DNA of 64,000 nucleotides from a virus (Duplodnaviria; Heunggongvirae; Uroviricota; Caudoviricetes): IMG/VR virus record IMGVR_UViG_3300049174_000031; one strand, 5' to 3'. Shown piece by piece: positions 41,377 to 50,936 of this stretch (position 1 is its first letter; each line of letters starts with the position of its first letter). The notes under the pieces were generated by a model. It saw only the letters and a program-made list of their open reading frames with translations, ran no database searches and was not told where the DNA came from. The position numbers and the translations under genes were made by a program.

Positions 41377-41645
41377 TCATGCCCACCCCAGTTCCATCAG
41401 TCTCTCGATGCCGTCGTCGGCCACGGCCTTGGCCTCGTCGGTGTCGAACACCCGCTGCTTGCCCTCGACCTTGTCCCACTGCTCGACCCAGCAGGTGCTC
41501 CCGGCCCCGACGAGCTGGTGGATCAGCTCGTTGACGTTCTCGCAGTCGGCGAAGCGGTTGATGGAGCGCTCCTCGGCCCTCAACATCTCCTCCCTCATCA
41601 GCCTCTCCATCGCTTGCCGGGTGGCCCTGGTGACTACTGCCATCT
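41377..41645 (-). CDS. Hypothetical protein (~89 aa)
   Basis: Start MAVVTRATRQAM. Confidence 0.45.
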
Positions 41646-41830
41646 CACTTGTGCCTCGGGCAGGCCAGGACATGAACCATTGCTATGGGCTGGGGAATGT
41701 TGGGCTCATCGCCTGGGGCCAGCTCGACCTCTCTGGCCGGGTAGCTCTGAAGGCGAACCAGCGCATGGCAGGTTGCACAGTAGATCCGCTTCTTGACGGC
41801 CGGGACGAAGGCCTTCCTGGTCACAGCCAT
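41645..41830 (-). CDS. Cys-rich hypothetical protein (~61 aa)
   Basis: CATCHALVRLQ...ACPRHK. Confidence 0.4.
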   Translation of the reverse strand: MAVTRKAFVPAVKKRIYCATCHALVRLQSYPAREVELAPGDEPNIPQPIAMVHVLACPRHK

Positions 41831-42139
41831 GCGATCACCTCCACCGCGCCCAGTGGCTCGGAGCGGTACCAGTGCTGCATGCACAGGTGCTGCTCGCGGT
41901 CGTCGGGGTAGCACACGCAGCCCTTGGCCAGCTTGATATGCACGGCTGCCGGGCCGTCGCCGAAACGGCACTGGGGTGTCATCAGTTGGTGTCCATCCCG
42001 TCGATCAGGTTCAGCACGTTCTCGAAGTGCGGGCGCAGCTCGGCCTTCACCGAGTCGTGATGGCGCAGCAGAGTGACCGTCACCAGGGCCTCGAAGGCAT
42101 GACTGCGGACACTGGCCAGCAGCTCCTCGTCGGTGTAGC

Positions 42140-42435
42140 TCATCTCGCCATCGCCTTGCACTCATCGCAGAACAGCCGGTCGGAGTGCAGGGTGTTCTTC
42201 ACCTCGGGCATGTAGCGCTGGCACTGGGCGCAGCGATAATGCTTCTCGGGCTCGCCCCACGGCACCGTGAGAGGCCCCACGCTGAAGGTGTCGTTGCCGA
42301 CGCGCTGCACGTTCATGGGGGCATTGGCCCAGGAGTAGGTGATGCCGGGGATGCCGGGCCCGGTCAGTGGAGTGCCGTCCCTGTACGGCGGCGGGGTCTC
42401 GCCGTAGTTCGCCAGCTCGACGCCGAGGTCGATCA
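42140..42435 (-). CDS. Cys-rich hypothetical protein (~98 aa)
   Basis: Start MIDLGVELANY (TGATG overlap); C-terminal CAQCQRY...CDECK. Confidence 0.45.
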
Positions 42436-42666
42436 TCAATCCTCGCTCACCAGTTCCCCAGTGGTGCGTCGGCCCGCCGTGGTCAGCAGATGGTCGGCCA
42501 CCACCGAGATGATCTCCTCGGCACGCCGGTAGTACACCCTGCGCTGCTCGTCGCTCATCGCCAGCCACGCCGGGTGATCGTCGCCCGCTGCGATGGCCGC
42601 TATCCGGCCCACCAGGAAATTGCGTGCCCGTCCTGGGACCGACGGGCTCATCGAAATACTGTCCAT
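42436..42666 (-). CDS. Hypothetical protein (76 aa)
   Basis: ORF. Confidence 0.45.
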   Translation of the reverse strand: MDSISMSPSVPGRARNFLVGRIAAIAAGDDHPAWLAMSDEQRRVYYRRAEEIISVVADHLLTTAGRRTTGELVSED

Positions 42667-42844
42667 CGTTTCCGACCTCCAACCACAACGATGTCAGGCT
42701 GCCTGCACGGCGTGCAATGCGTCTAGTGCGCTCGGCGCTGGGCCTTGGTAGCACATTGCCTCGATGATCGCATCGAGCTTGGCCTCGATGCGGTCGAGCT
42801 GGGTCTTAGCCTGCTGATCCATTGTGGTTCACCTCCTCCTGGTC

Positions 42845-43111
42845 TCAGTGGAACGCTCCCGCCCGTTGGGCGAGGATGAGCATCTCCCACTTGGCCTCGG
42901 CCAGCAGCCAGGCCAGCAGGGCGATGTCGGCCTGGTAGGTGTCGGCCGGGACATCGGTGATCGGGAAGGTCTCGAAGCGCTCGTCGCCGGGGGCCGGGGC
43001 ACCCGGATAGCCGTGCGGCAGCTGGCGGTATCCCGTGCAGGGATGACCGTTGTAGAACCAGACGTAGTAGGAGCCCAGCTCGGGACTAGGCGTCTGCGTT
43101 TGCGGCATCAT
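42845..43111 (-). CDS. Hypothetical protein (88 aa)
   Basis: ORF. Confidence 0.45.
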   Translation of the reverse strand: MMPQTQTPSPELGSYYVWFYNGHPCTGYRQLPHGYPGAPAPGDERFETFPITDVPADTYQADIALLAWLLAEAKWEMLILAQRAGAFH

Positions 43112-43472
43112 CGGCCGGTGGTGCCGCGGGCTTCGGCGGGGCCTTCGCCGCGGCCTTCTTGGCGGGGGCTGGCTCGGGCGTGGGCTCGGGAATGTCCAGG
43201 GTCACCCGGCCCCCCTCGGGGGCCTCGGGCGGCGGGGGCGGGGTCAGCAGGGCGAGCACCGCGGCATAGTCCTCCTCCACGTTGAAGGTGACTCCCGACG
43301 GGAGGGTGATCTGGGCCCCGGCCCAAGTGAGGATGGTCGCGGGGGACTGGTTGGCGATGTCGGGCCGCAAAGACTTGCGCGGCTTCACGGCTACCACGGC
43401 ACCTGGGTTGATGGCCAGTGGCGGGTTGCCGTGGTCGGTGAGAGTCAGCTCGATCACTGGCGTTGCCTCCAT
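43086..43472 (-). CDS. Hypothetical protein with Pro/Ala/Lys-rich C-terminus (128 aa)
   Basis: ORF. Confidence 0.45.
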   Translation of the reverse strand: MEATPVIELTLTDHGNPPLAINPGAVVAVKPRKSLRPDIANQSPATILTWAGAQITLPSGVTFNVEEDYAAVLALLTPPPPPEAPEGGRVTLDIPEPTPEPAPAKKAAAKAPPKPAAPPADDAANADA

Positions 43473-44203
43473 GCTCGTTGCATCTGGATCTTGATGATGT
43501 CGGCCAGGGCGCTGGCGTCGTCGGGGTCCAGCCAGAGTATGCCCTCGTCGTCCACGGCGATGTTGCGCAGCGTCACCATGCCGTTCTCGGCGCGAACGTC
43601 GGGGGGCATGCTGGCGAACAACAGCGGAGGAGGTGACTCGGTGTAGGTGCCGCCGTTGCCGGTGCCGAACTCCACCGCCAGGCGCTCACGCACGTCCGGG
43701 GACAGCGCGTCGGCCCCGTTGTCCTCGGCACCTGAGATCGCACTCACGATGGCACCTATGCCCTGCTTCTGGGCCAGTGCCACCGCCTCGTCGGGGGTGG
43801 CCTCCATCGGTACGTCGGCGATGCTGTGCACGCCTGCGGAGGCAGCCAGCCCGGCCAAGTCGGGGGGTTGACCTGAGACATCAGGCTGGCTGCCCTGCTC
43901 CCGCAGGGGGTCACCGGGGCGGTGCTCCAAGGGGATGGAGCCCTGTATGCCCTCGCGCTCGGTGGTGTGGTCCACGGGCCCGCCGGGCCCACTCTGGTCG
44001 ATTCGCTTGACCATGGCATCTCTCTTCTCGCGTTCGGCTTGCTGGATGCGTGCGTGGTAGGCGTCGGCACAGCGTTTGTGACCGATCTTGGGGCCACCCA
44101 GCACGATGGTGCCGATGGCCTCGCCCTCGCCGATCTGACGGCCGCAGTACACGCCGTTGGCGTCGGGGATCATGCAGTTGCCCATGCCCATGTCGTGTGC
44201 CAT
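43454..44203 (-). CDS. Hypothetical protein (249 aa)
   Basis: ORF with real-looking composition. Confidence 0.5.
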   Translation of the reverse strand: MAHDMGMGNCMIPDANGVYCGRQIGEGEAIGTIVLGGPKIGHKRCADAYHARIQQAEREKRDAMVKRIDQSGPGGPVDHTTEREGIQGSIPLEHRPGDPLREQGSQPDVSGQPPDLAGLAASAGVHSIADVPMEATPDEAVALAQKQGIGAIVSAISGAEDNGADALSPDVRERLAVEFGTGNGGTYTESPPPLLFASMPPDVRAENGMVTLRNIAVDDEGILWLDPDDASALADIIKIQMQRAWRQRQ

Positions 44204-44571
44204 CAGCAGGCCGCCTTCTGGCGAGCGTTCTTGACGAGCACGGCCAGGTCCATGGCACAGGACCGGGAATAGCCCGCGGCGCTGCCGTAATGACCGAGAA
44301 CCCCTCGCACAGCGACGAAGTCGGGGTCATCGAAGGGAACATCGAAGGAGGAGCGCGTTGCCGGTGACACCGGATTTGCCATCTGTGTTACTCCCACTAG
44401 AGGTCGGCTATAGGGCAACATTAGCTCACGGCCGTGCGTCTTGCCTCGAAGTTGTCAGCGTGTCTCTCGCAGACCCAGTAGGGCTTGCCTGCGATCATGA
44501 TGAGCTTGGTGCCGGGGTCCTCACACGTCGGGTGGGTGCACTCGGCCTGGTGCCGGTGCTTATCCGCGTAC

Positions 44572-44913
44572 TTAGACATGATCGTTTCGACACATCTCTA
44601 GTACCTCAACACATCTATTTCGCCGTCGTTCTCCAAAGCCGTACCACAGCATGGCAATAACAGCTTGACCGTGCTCGAATTTCCCGGTCTGCCATGACCA
44701 CATTCCATCGCTCTGCCTGTACACCGCACCCAGACCACCAATGGCTCGGTGGAAACGATCAACAGAATCCCTGTCACCCATCTTCACAGTGAGGTGGAGG
44801 TATCTCCGGGTGGTCAACAAGCGGTAGGTGCCTGCCCTATGGGTCTTGAGACTGATGCAGCCTTCACCTTCAAACAAACCAGCAGCCCAGGCCAGCTCGC
44901 GAGTGTCTAGCAT
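44572..44913 (-). CDS. LAGLIDADG homing endonuclease, single-motif type (113 aa)
   Basis: LAWAAGLFEGEGCISL matches the LAGLIDADG signature; its size fits the homodimeric class. Confidence 0.6.
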   Translation of the reverse strand: MLDTRELAWAAGLFEGEGCISLKTHRAGTYRLLTTRRYLHLTVKMGDRDSVDRFHRAIGGLGAVYRQSDGMWSWQTGKFEHGQAVIAMLWYGFGERRRNRCVEVLEMCRNDHV

Positions 44914-44917
44914 GCAA

Positions 44918-45409
44918 TCACTGTGACTTACCTGCCTCAGGAGGGGTCTCCCCGGACTTTATCTCGGGTGCGGCATGCTTGGGCCCGGCCCGCTCGATTA
45001 AGTCCTCTGTGGGCTTGCTGGGGGCCTCCTCGGTGGCCTTGTAGACCAGCTCTTCCTTCTCGTCCTCCAACATCCGATCATGAGCCTCGGCGCGGTGCTT
45101 GGCCCGCAGCCGCTCGGAGGCCACCTCGTTGGCGATGTCGGCCTGCAACTCGCTGGGCGAACGCGGGTGATCGCCGTTGTTGCCATAGAGCTGGCGACGG
45201 CGCTCGTTGAGCCAGATCAGGAAGGCCACCAGCAGACTGATCGCGACGTTGAGGTAGCGGTCCCAGTCGCTGTGCCACAGCTCCAAACCGATGAGCGTGT
45301 TGAACAGCACCAGGATGGCACCGATGCTGGCGACGATGACGTTGTAGTAGCGCCAGGCGCTGGGCCACAGGGGCTTCTGCTCGGGAAACTCCTCCAACTC
45401 GTCAGGCAT
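44918..45409 (-). CDS. Membrane protein (163 aa)
   Basis: Two TM helices (YYNVIVASIGAILVLFNTLIGL; LNVAISLLVAFLIWL); a 37-aa membrane peptide ORF (MWKDLMLGLGILATVAAAWFGVVYVGIGVII...) at ~45400-45513 overlaps its start (ATGCCTGA). Confidence 0.5.
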   Translation of the reverse strand: MPDELEEFPEQKPLWPSAWRYYNVIVASIGAILVLFNTLIGLELWHSDWDRYLNVAISLLVAFLIWLNERRRQLYGNNGDHPRSPSELQADIANEVASERLRAKHRAEAHDRMLEDEKEELVYKATEEAPSKPTEDLIERAGPKHAAPEIKSGETPPEAGKSQ

Positions 45410-45541
45410 CGGTGGTGTCCTCGATGATCACGCCGATACCCACGTAGACCACACCGAACCAGGCCGCGGCCACCGTCGCGAGGATGCCCAGCCCCAGCAT
45501 CAGATCCTTCCACATAGCTGCCTCCTACCTATTGAGGCAGC

Positions 45542-46090
45542 TCATGCTGTGGTTTGCAGGATCTCCCGGTCAAGATCGTTGTGGGTGTGCAGCGCATTGC
45601 GCAGCTCGATCACCTTGGCCTCGGCCTCGGCCAAGGTGTCACAAAGCCCCGTCCCGTAACGCACGCCCTGGTGCTTGGTCTGCCCGTACCACTTGCCGCA
45701 CTCATGCTGGTACACGCCACGCACCCCACTGCGACTGTCCCGCCGGGCCCCGTTGTGATTCTCCACGTTCTGGCCCTTGGTGGCAGGCCTCAGATGATCA
45801 GGCCTGACGCATCGCTTGGGACAGGTGCGGAGGTGGTCGAGCAGTGGTGGGCACGGGCCCACCAACAGCTCGTAGGCGAAGCGGTGGACGTAGACGAGCT
45901 TGCCATCCACAGTCATGTGACCATAGCCCTCGGAGTTGCAAGAGCCGGTCCACAGCCAACAATCAGGCGTTTTCTCGACTCTCGCCCACAGTCTTTCCTC
46001 GGGAGTCCCCTTGTACTTTCTGTGCGTGTGTCGGCCGCAAAGACAACCTGTTTCGCACTTCATGGGGCCTCCCCAAATCACACGCCACAC
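45542..46090 (-). CDS. HNH homing endonuclease with AP2-like DNA-binding domain
   Basis: CWLWTGSCNSEGYGHM...VHRFAY...CPKRCVRPDHL; C-terminal SGVRGVY..GKWYGQ AP2-like. Confidence 0.8.
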   Translation of the reverse strand: MWRVIWGGPMKCETGCLCGRHTHRKYKGTPEERLWARVEKTPDCWLWTGSCNSEGYGHMTVDGKLVYVHRFAYELLVGPCPPLLDHLRTCPKRCVRPDHLRPATKGQNVENHNGARRDSRSGVRGVYQHECGKWYGQTKHQGVRYGTGLCDTLAEAEAKVIELRNALHTHNDLDREILQTTA

Positions 46091-46150
46091 ACAGGAACCC
46101 GTGTCGGGTCCACACCATCAGGCACCCGCAGGGACAGAACTGCTCGTCAC

Positions 46151-46897
46151 TCACTTCGGAGTGGAGCTGGTGGCCTTCTCCTTCTTGTGCTGGGCCAGTC
46201 TCTCCTGCAGGTTGGGCTCCTTCTTCTCGCCCATGGCCTTGGCGCGGTCCTCGTCGGTGAAGTTGGCCGCGGCAGCTGCCATCGGCATCCCGGCCGCCGC
46301 CATGCCGCGCATGGCACTGACGTTGTTGCTCACCGACTGGTAGCTGTCCATCACAGCCTGGGCGTCACCCGCGTTGTAGGTCATCGCCTGGTTGGCCGCC
46401 AGGCCCATCGAGCGGCCCACCTTGACGGCGTCAATGTTGGCCCCGATGAACATGAACTGCCAGGCATAGTCGTCGCGCTGCTGCTTGATCAGCTCGCTGA
46501 TCCGTTCCCAGGACCAGTCGTAGGAGGCGTTCTCCATGCCGTCGGTCATGATCACGCAGATCACCAGGCCGGGGCGCTTGTCCTCGTCCAGCTCGGCCAG
46601 GGACTGACCAATCTCGGTGATGAACTCGCCCGTGGCGTCCAGCAGCGGGGTCATCCCGCGGGGGATCAGCTGCAGCTTGGGCACGTCGTTGATGGGCTTG
46701 TTGCGGTAGACGAACTCGGGGATGGGCTCGGTGCCGTGCCGGTCGAACTGGGCCAGCGTCACGATGGCCCGGCCGGGCTGGTGCTTCTGGTCGTTGATCA
46801 GCTCATCGAAGCCGTCACAGGTGGGCTTCACACAGGTCTCCATCGAGCCGGTGCGGTCGAGCAGGGCGGCGATCAGGGTGAGGTCTTTATTGGTCAC
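46151..46897 (-). CDS. von Willebrand factor A (vWA) domain protein
   Basis: MIDAS-like LDRTGSM near the N-terminus; alternating hydrophobic/loop pattern of a vWA fold. Confidence 0.55.
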   Translation of the reverse strand: MTNKDLTLIAALLDRTGSMETCVKPTCDGFDELINDQKHQPGRAIVTLAQFDRHGTEPIPEFVYRNKPINDVPKLQLIPRGMTPLLDATGEFITEIGQSLAELDEDKRPGLVICVIMTDGMENASYDWSWERISELIKQQRDDYAWQFMFIGANIDAVKVGRSMGLAANQAMTYNAGDAQAVMDSYQSVSNNVSAMRGMAAAGMPMAAAAANFTDEDRAKAMGEKKEPNLQERLAQHKKEKATSSTPK

Positions 46898-47272
46898 AGA
46901 ATGTCCTTCTTCCTTGGTTCTTCAGTTTTCCTGCCGTCCTCCCGGACATATCCCGGTTGGTCATCGGCCAGGCCTTTTACGACGCCGTAGCGCATTCGAT
47001 CATGATCCGTTTCAGACTCCCCCTTGGTGCGCCCGTAGATCTCCACCTGCGGGATGAACACCTGGCTCGGGGTGCCGTCGGGGTGACACTCCTGTCGCCA
47101 GGTGATGTTGACCTTCACCCCGGCCTTGCCCATCTCGTTGTGAGCGGCCATCTCGAAGATCTTGCGGTCGGCCTCGGTGCCCCACTGGAACTCGAACTCT
47201 TCCAGCTTGGCCCAGGCCTTGGCCACCCGCTCGTATTCGTCGGGGTAGATGGTGAAGTCGGGCGCAGTCACA
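46894..47272 (-). CDS. Hypothetical protein (~126 aa)
   Basis: Probable GTG start overlapping upstream stop (GTGA). Confidence 0.4.
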
Positions 47273-47459
47273 GCTCCACGATCTTGAGGTCGGGGAACAG
47301 CTTCTCGGCCGCGGCGCGGGCGTCGGCCTTGTTGGTGTAGGGCTCGCCCGAGTGACCCAGCTTGTTGCCGTTCTGGGCCACCACCCGCCAGCGCCATGCC
47401 TGGCGCAGCACCTTGCGGCCCTGGTACAGCTCGACGTGGGGTTTGTAATCAGTGGTCAT
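47268..47459 (-). CDS. Hypothetical protein (63 aa)
   Basis: ORF; a 38-aa ORF (MVKGMPPAVASGF...) with GAGGAGG RBS lies at ~47456-47572. Confidence 0.45.
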   Translation of the reverse strand: MTTDYKPHVELYQGRKVLRQAWRWRVVAQNGNKLGHSGEPYTNKADARAAAEKLFPDLKIVEL

Positions 47460-47698
47460 CGCCCATCTCCTTCTCGATGCTGGACACGATGTCCTCCTTC
47501 AGGGCCGCCTCGCGGCGACTCATGATGAAGCCCGAAGCCACCGCCGGGGGCATGCCCTTGACCATGGCCGCCTCCTCGGGGGTGGGTGGATGCGTGGGGA
47601 TCAATCGCACTCCTCACAGTCCTCGTCATGCGCCGGTTCCCCGGCACACACGCAGTGGTGCAGCAGCTCCAAGCAGCTACACCGGCTGCCGTCCTCGA

Positions 47699-48703
47699 TC
47701 ACAAGATCCGCTCGCAGGTGACACAGCGGTGAATCATCTGCTCACCGTTGAAGGCCAGGTGCCCGCCGAGGGTCTGCATGTTGACCATCGTGGAGTAGCG
47801 CTCCACGCCGTTGGCGACGTTGGTGAAGGCCTGGTTCACGTCCCACACGCTCACTGGCTCGGGCAACTGGTTGACGATGTCGAGCACCGCGGTGAGGACC
47901 TTGGTGGACAGCTTGCGCTCGGCCGCCAGCCTGGCGCAGAAGGCCGCGGGGGAGCCGGGCACGATCATGTTGCGGGTGGCCGCCAGCTTGTCCAGGTAGC
48001 CGTCGAGCTGGGAGAGCACCAGCTGTGCGGCCTCCTCCATCGAGGCGATGACCTCGTCCACCGTGCGGCCCTTGAGCGTGACCTTGCCCAGCTTCTCTTC
48101 GCTCACCTGACCATTGGTGCATTCCAGGCGCTCGACGTAGGTCATCACCGAGGGGGCCTTGGACTGGAACGGGTAAGACAGCACCCGGAACCCACCCTCG
48201 GTGATGTCTCCCACCCCGAACACCCCGGCGCTCTTCGTGGTGCCCAAGTCCAGCCGATGGTCGGCCGTGGTGGCGTCGAGGTGGAAGCGGGTCTCGTCGG
48301 TCATCAGCCGCCGGATGGTGTCCTCGGGCTTGAGCACCCTGGTGACCACGTCGGCCACCCGCGCCAGCGGCAGGATGGTCTGGGAGGGCTGGTGCACCGA
48401 GATGATGTCGTCGTTGAGGCTCTCCACCATGGTGTCGGCGTCGGAGTGGCGGTCGAACTTGTAGCGCAGCACCTGGGCGCGGAAGGCGGGGGTGAGGTCG
48501 TCGTAGAAGCTGCCGGGGATCTTGAGGTACTTGGTGACCGCCTTGGTGGCCGCCTCGTCCATGGCGAAAACCTTCTCCGAGCCGTTCTTGACGGTCAGCG
48601 CCGTGGCGTCGTCGTTGATGGTGAAGTTGGAGAGCTTGGCGGTGACGGTTCCCTCCTCTCGCCGTGCGATGTGATCGGAGAGTTCGCTTACCTTCAACTG
48701 CAT
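47699..48703 (-). CDS. Hypothetical protein (334 aa)
   Basis: Long ORF with real-looking composition. Confidence 0.5.
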   Translation of the reverse strand: MQLKVSELSDHIARREEGTVTAKLSNFTINDDATALTVKNGSEKVFAMDEAATKAVTKYLKIPGSFYDDLTPAFRAQVLRYKFDRHSDADTMVESLNDDIISVHQPSQTILPLARVADVVTRVLKPEDTIRRLMTDETRFHLDATTADHRLDLGTTKSAGVFGVGDITEGGFRVLSYPFQSKAPSVMTYVERLECTNGQVSEEKLGKVTLKGRTVDEVIASMEEAAQLVLSQLDGYLDKLAATRNMIVPGSPAAFCARLAAERKLSTKVLTAVLDIVNQLPEPVSVWDVNQAFTNVANGVERYSTMVNMQTLGGHLAFNGEQMIHRCVTCERIL

Positions 48704-49164
48704 CTTGCTGTCCTGTCCATATCGTTGTGTGTGAATAGCTCGTTGCGCTTGGCGATCACAGCCATCTCGGCCTCTGCAACAGTGTCGTAGGTGCCGACGT
48801 GAATCTGCCTACCCTCATGCCTGACGTGGGCCTGATACCTCTCCCCGTAAGGGGAGACCCCCCGCACGCCGGTCTGGGAATTGCGGTAGGACCCCGCCTG
48901 ATTCTCCTGCTGCTGCTTGTGAGTAGCCAGCCGCAGATGATCGTCCCGCACACAGCGCTTTGGGCAGGTGGGACGGTGATCGACCTGGAACCCCTCGGGC
49001 ACGGGTCCGTGCGCCTGCTCATAGGCAAAGCAGTGAGCCTGCACGTTAGAGCCGTTGGCCCAGAAGCGGCCATACCCCCGGAAGGTGGCACCAGTCCACA
49101 GCCAGCAGTCTCCGGTCTGGTCCACCTTGGACCAAAACCGCTCTGCGAGCTGCATGTTTATCAA
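48694..49164 (-). CDS. HNH homing endonuclease with AP2-like domain
   Basis: CWLWTGATFRGYGRF...AHCFAY...CPKRCVRDDHL; SGVRGVSPYGERY AP2-like. Confidence 0.8.
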   Translation of the reverse strand: MINMQLAERFWSKVDQTGDCWLWTGATFRGYGRFWANGSNVQAHCFAYEQAHGPVPEGFQVDHRPTCPKRCVRDDHLRLATHKQQQENQAGSYRNSQTGVRGVSPYGERYQAHVRHEGRQIHVGTYDTVAEAEMAVIAKRNELFTHNDMDRTARCS

Positions 49165-49211
49165 TCCTTTGCGCTTTGCTACAGGCCTAGTGTGACCGTG
49201 GTCTCACCCTA

Positions 49212-50804
49212 TCAGCCCAGCGTGAGCAGAGACCAGCGATTGTTCAGCGTGTCGGCCGGGACCGTGACCTTGCTGGACACCACGTAAGGGAAGGCCGCGC
49301 CCGCCCCGTCGGGGGCGGCGGCCTGCAGCTGTGACATGAGCTGGATACCGCCACCCAGGTATCCGACGGTGCCCAGGCTGACCGGCAGGCCGAGCTGGGC
49401 GAAGGGTCGCCCGGAGGACGAGGACCAGAACACACCACTGGGGGTGCCGCCGACCATGCTCACCGTGGTGGCGATGCGCTGGGCCCGCCAGGAGGCGAAG
49501 GACATCGGGCCCACAGTGGACAGGCCCCCGACGGGGGCCAGCTGGTCAGGGGCCTGCGAGTAGCCGGTGCCGGTGTAGTACTCCCAGCCTTCCTGGGTGC
49601 CGACCACCAGCGCATGGATCTGCGGGCTCGGCAGCATCTGGCGGTTGTGGCCCACCCGGCCCCACGGCTTGCGGATGCGGTACACCTTGCCGTCCGGGTC
49701 CGAGCCGTAGAGCACCAGGAAGGGGGTGTCGTACTGGACACCGCGATTGAACACCACCGAGCCCGTGCCGATCCCGATGTTGTCCCACAGAGCAGTGCCC
49801 GGCGGGTCGGTAGTATTGCGTGACCCGGCGATCCCGATGTAAAGATTGGACAAGTCGATCCCGGCAGCCTTCGACCGCTGCACTGTCCAGATGCTGCCGT
49901 CTGACGAGGTCTCCCAGTAGACGGTTCCTGCCTGCTCACGCACCCGCAGCCATCGGTGGTTGGTCGCGTCGTAGGGAATTGTCGTGTTAGACCATGTGCC
50001 AGCGATGCGTTCACGGAAATAGAGCACCCCATCCATCCACAGGAACGCCTCGGCATTGGACACAGGAGTGCCGGTATCACCCAGATAGAACATCGTCCAG
50101 GTGCCGGTATTCGACGGGGACACCAACTCGACCGCGACGTAGTGGCCGGTGAGATTGGTCGTGAACTTGCTGATGAGACCCTGGTAACTGGTGTCGGTCG
50201 GGGGAAGGTTATAGTACCCGCCTTCGACCACACCGTTGATGAGATCCCACTTGGCCGTGTCCAAGACGGTGAACGGCTCGACAACCGGGGGCGAGTCCAC
50301 CACCGGCAACACCTCCTCGCCCGCCAGCGTCACTGCGCCGTTGGGATTGAGGTGAAAGTGCTGCAGCACCGCACTGGGGTTGCCACCGATCACCACATCG
50401 TGCAGCAGGTAGAGGTAGTTGGGCGGCCGGGAGGCCCCGCCCACCGTCTGGGCGCTGTCCACCTTCGTGGTGAGTGGCAGCTGCACCGGGGCGTTGGGCA
50501 CGATGGACCGCCGCCCGGTGGGCTCCACGATCATCCAGCAGGGGCTGGTGTCCTCGCTGTAGGCGCTGTAGGCCCCCAGGTTGACTGAGTCAGGTACCGC
50601 AGCGTGCCAGCGCATGCGGGTGATGACCAGGAAGCGGCCGTCCACCATCGGGTGCACCCAGACCGGCGCTGCGGCGGCCCAGGTGAGTGGATCGTAGATG
50701 GCCCCCGAGCGGGGACTGTCGGGGTTGCGCGGAGCGGTGAGCACGCTGATTCCGGCCACGTCCAGGGCAGCCGGGTCCACCGGGGGCGCGGGGCTGGTAG
50801 CCAC
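49212..50804 (-). CDS. Large beta-rich protein (530 aa), possibly structural/carbohydrate-binding
   Basis: Gly/Thr/Ser/Trp-rich composition; no catalytic motif recognised; flanked by an HNH gene. Confidence 0.45.
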   Translation of the reverse strand: MATSPAPPVDPAALDVAGISVLTAPRNPDSPRSGAIYDPLTWAAAAPVWVHPMVDGRFLVITRMRWHAAVPDSVNLGAYSAYSEDTSPCWMIVEPTGRRSIVPNAPVQLPLTTKVDSAQTVGGASRPPNYLYLLHDVVIGGNPSAVLQHFHLNPNGAVTLAGEEVLPVVDSPPVVEPFTVLDTAKWDLINGVVEGGYYNLPPTDTSYQGLISKFTTNLTGHYVAVELVSPSNTGTWTMFYLGDTGTPVSNAEAFLWMDGVLYFRERIAGTWSNTTIPYDATNHRWLRVREQAGTVYWETSSDGSIWTVQRSKAAGIDLSNLYIGIAGSRNTTDPPGTALWDNIGIGTGSVVFNRGVQYDTPFLVLYGSDPDGKVYRIRKPWGRVGHNRQMLPSPQIHALVVGTQEGWEYYTGTGYSQAPDQLAPVGGLSTVGPMSFASWRAQRIATTVSMVGGTPSGVFWSSSSGRPFAQLGLPVSLGTVGYLGGGIQLMSQLQAAAPDGAGAAFPYVVSSKVTVPADTLNNRWSLLTLG

Positions 50805-50936
50805 TCAGACCTTCCATACCTTGTCACACCCCACACAGCGCCACCCGTGCACATGCCCACGCCCAGGACCGAGAGGTATCCACACGAATCTCACGACGTG
50901 TCTCCTCACTTTGGCATGCCACCAGAACCTCATAAG

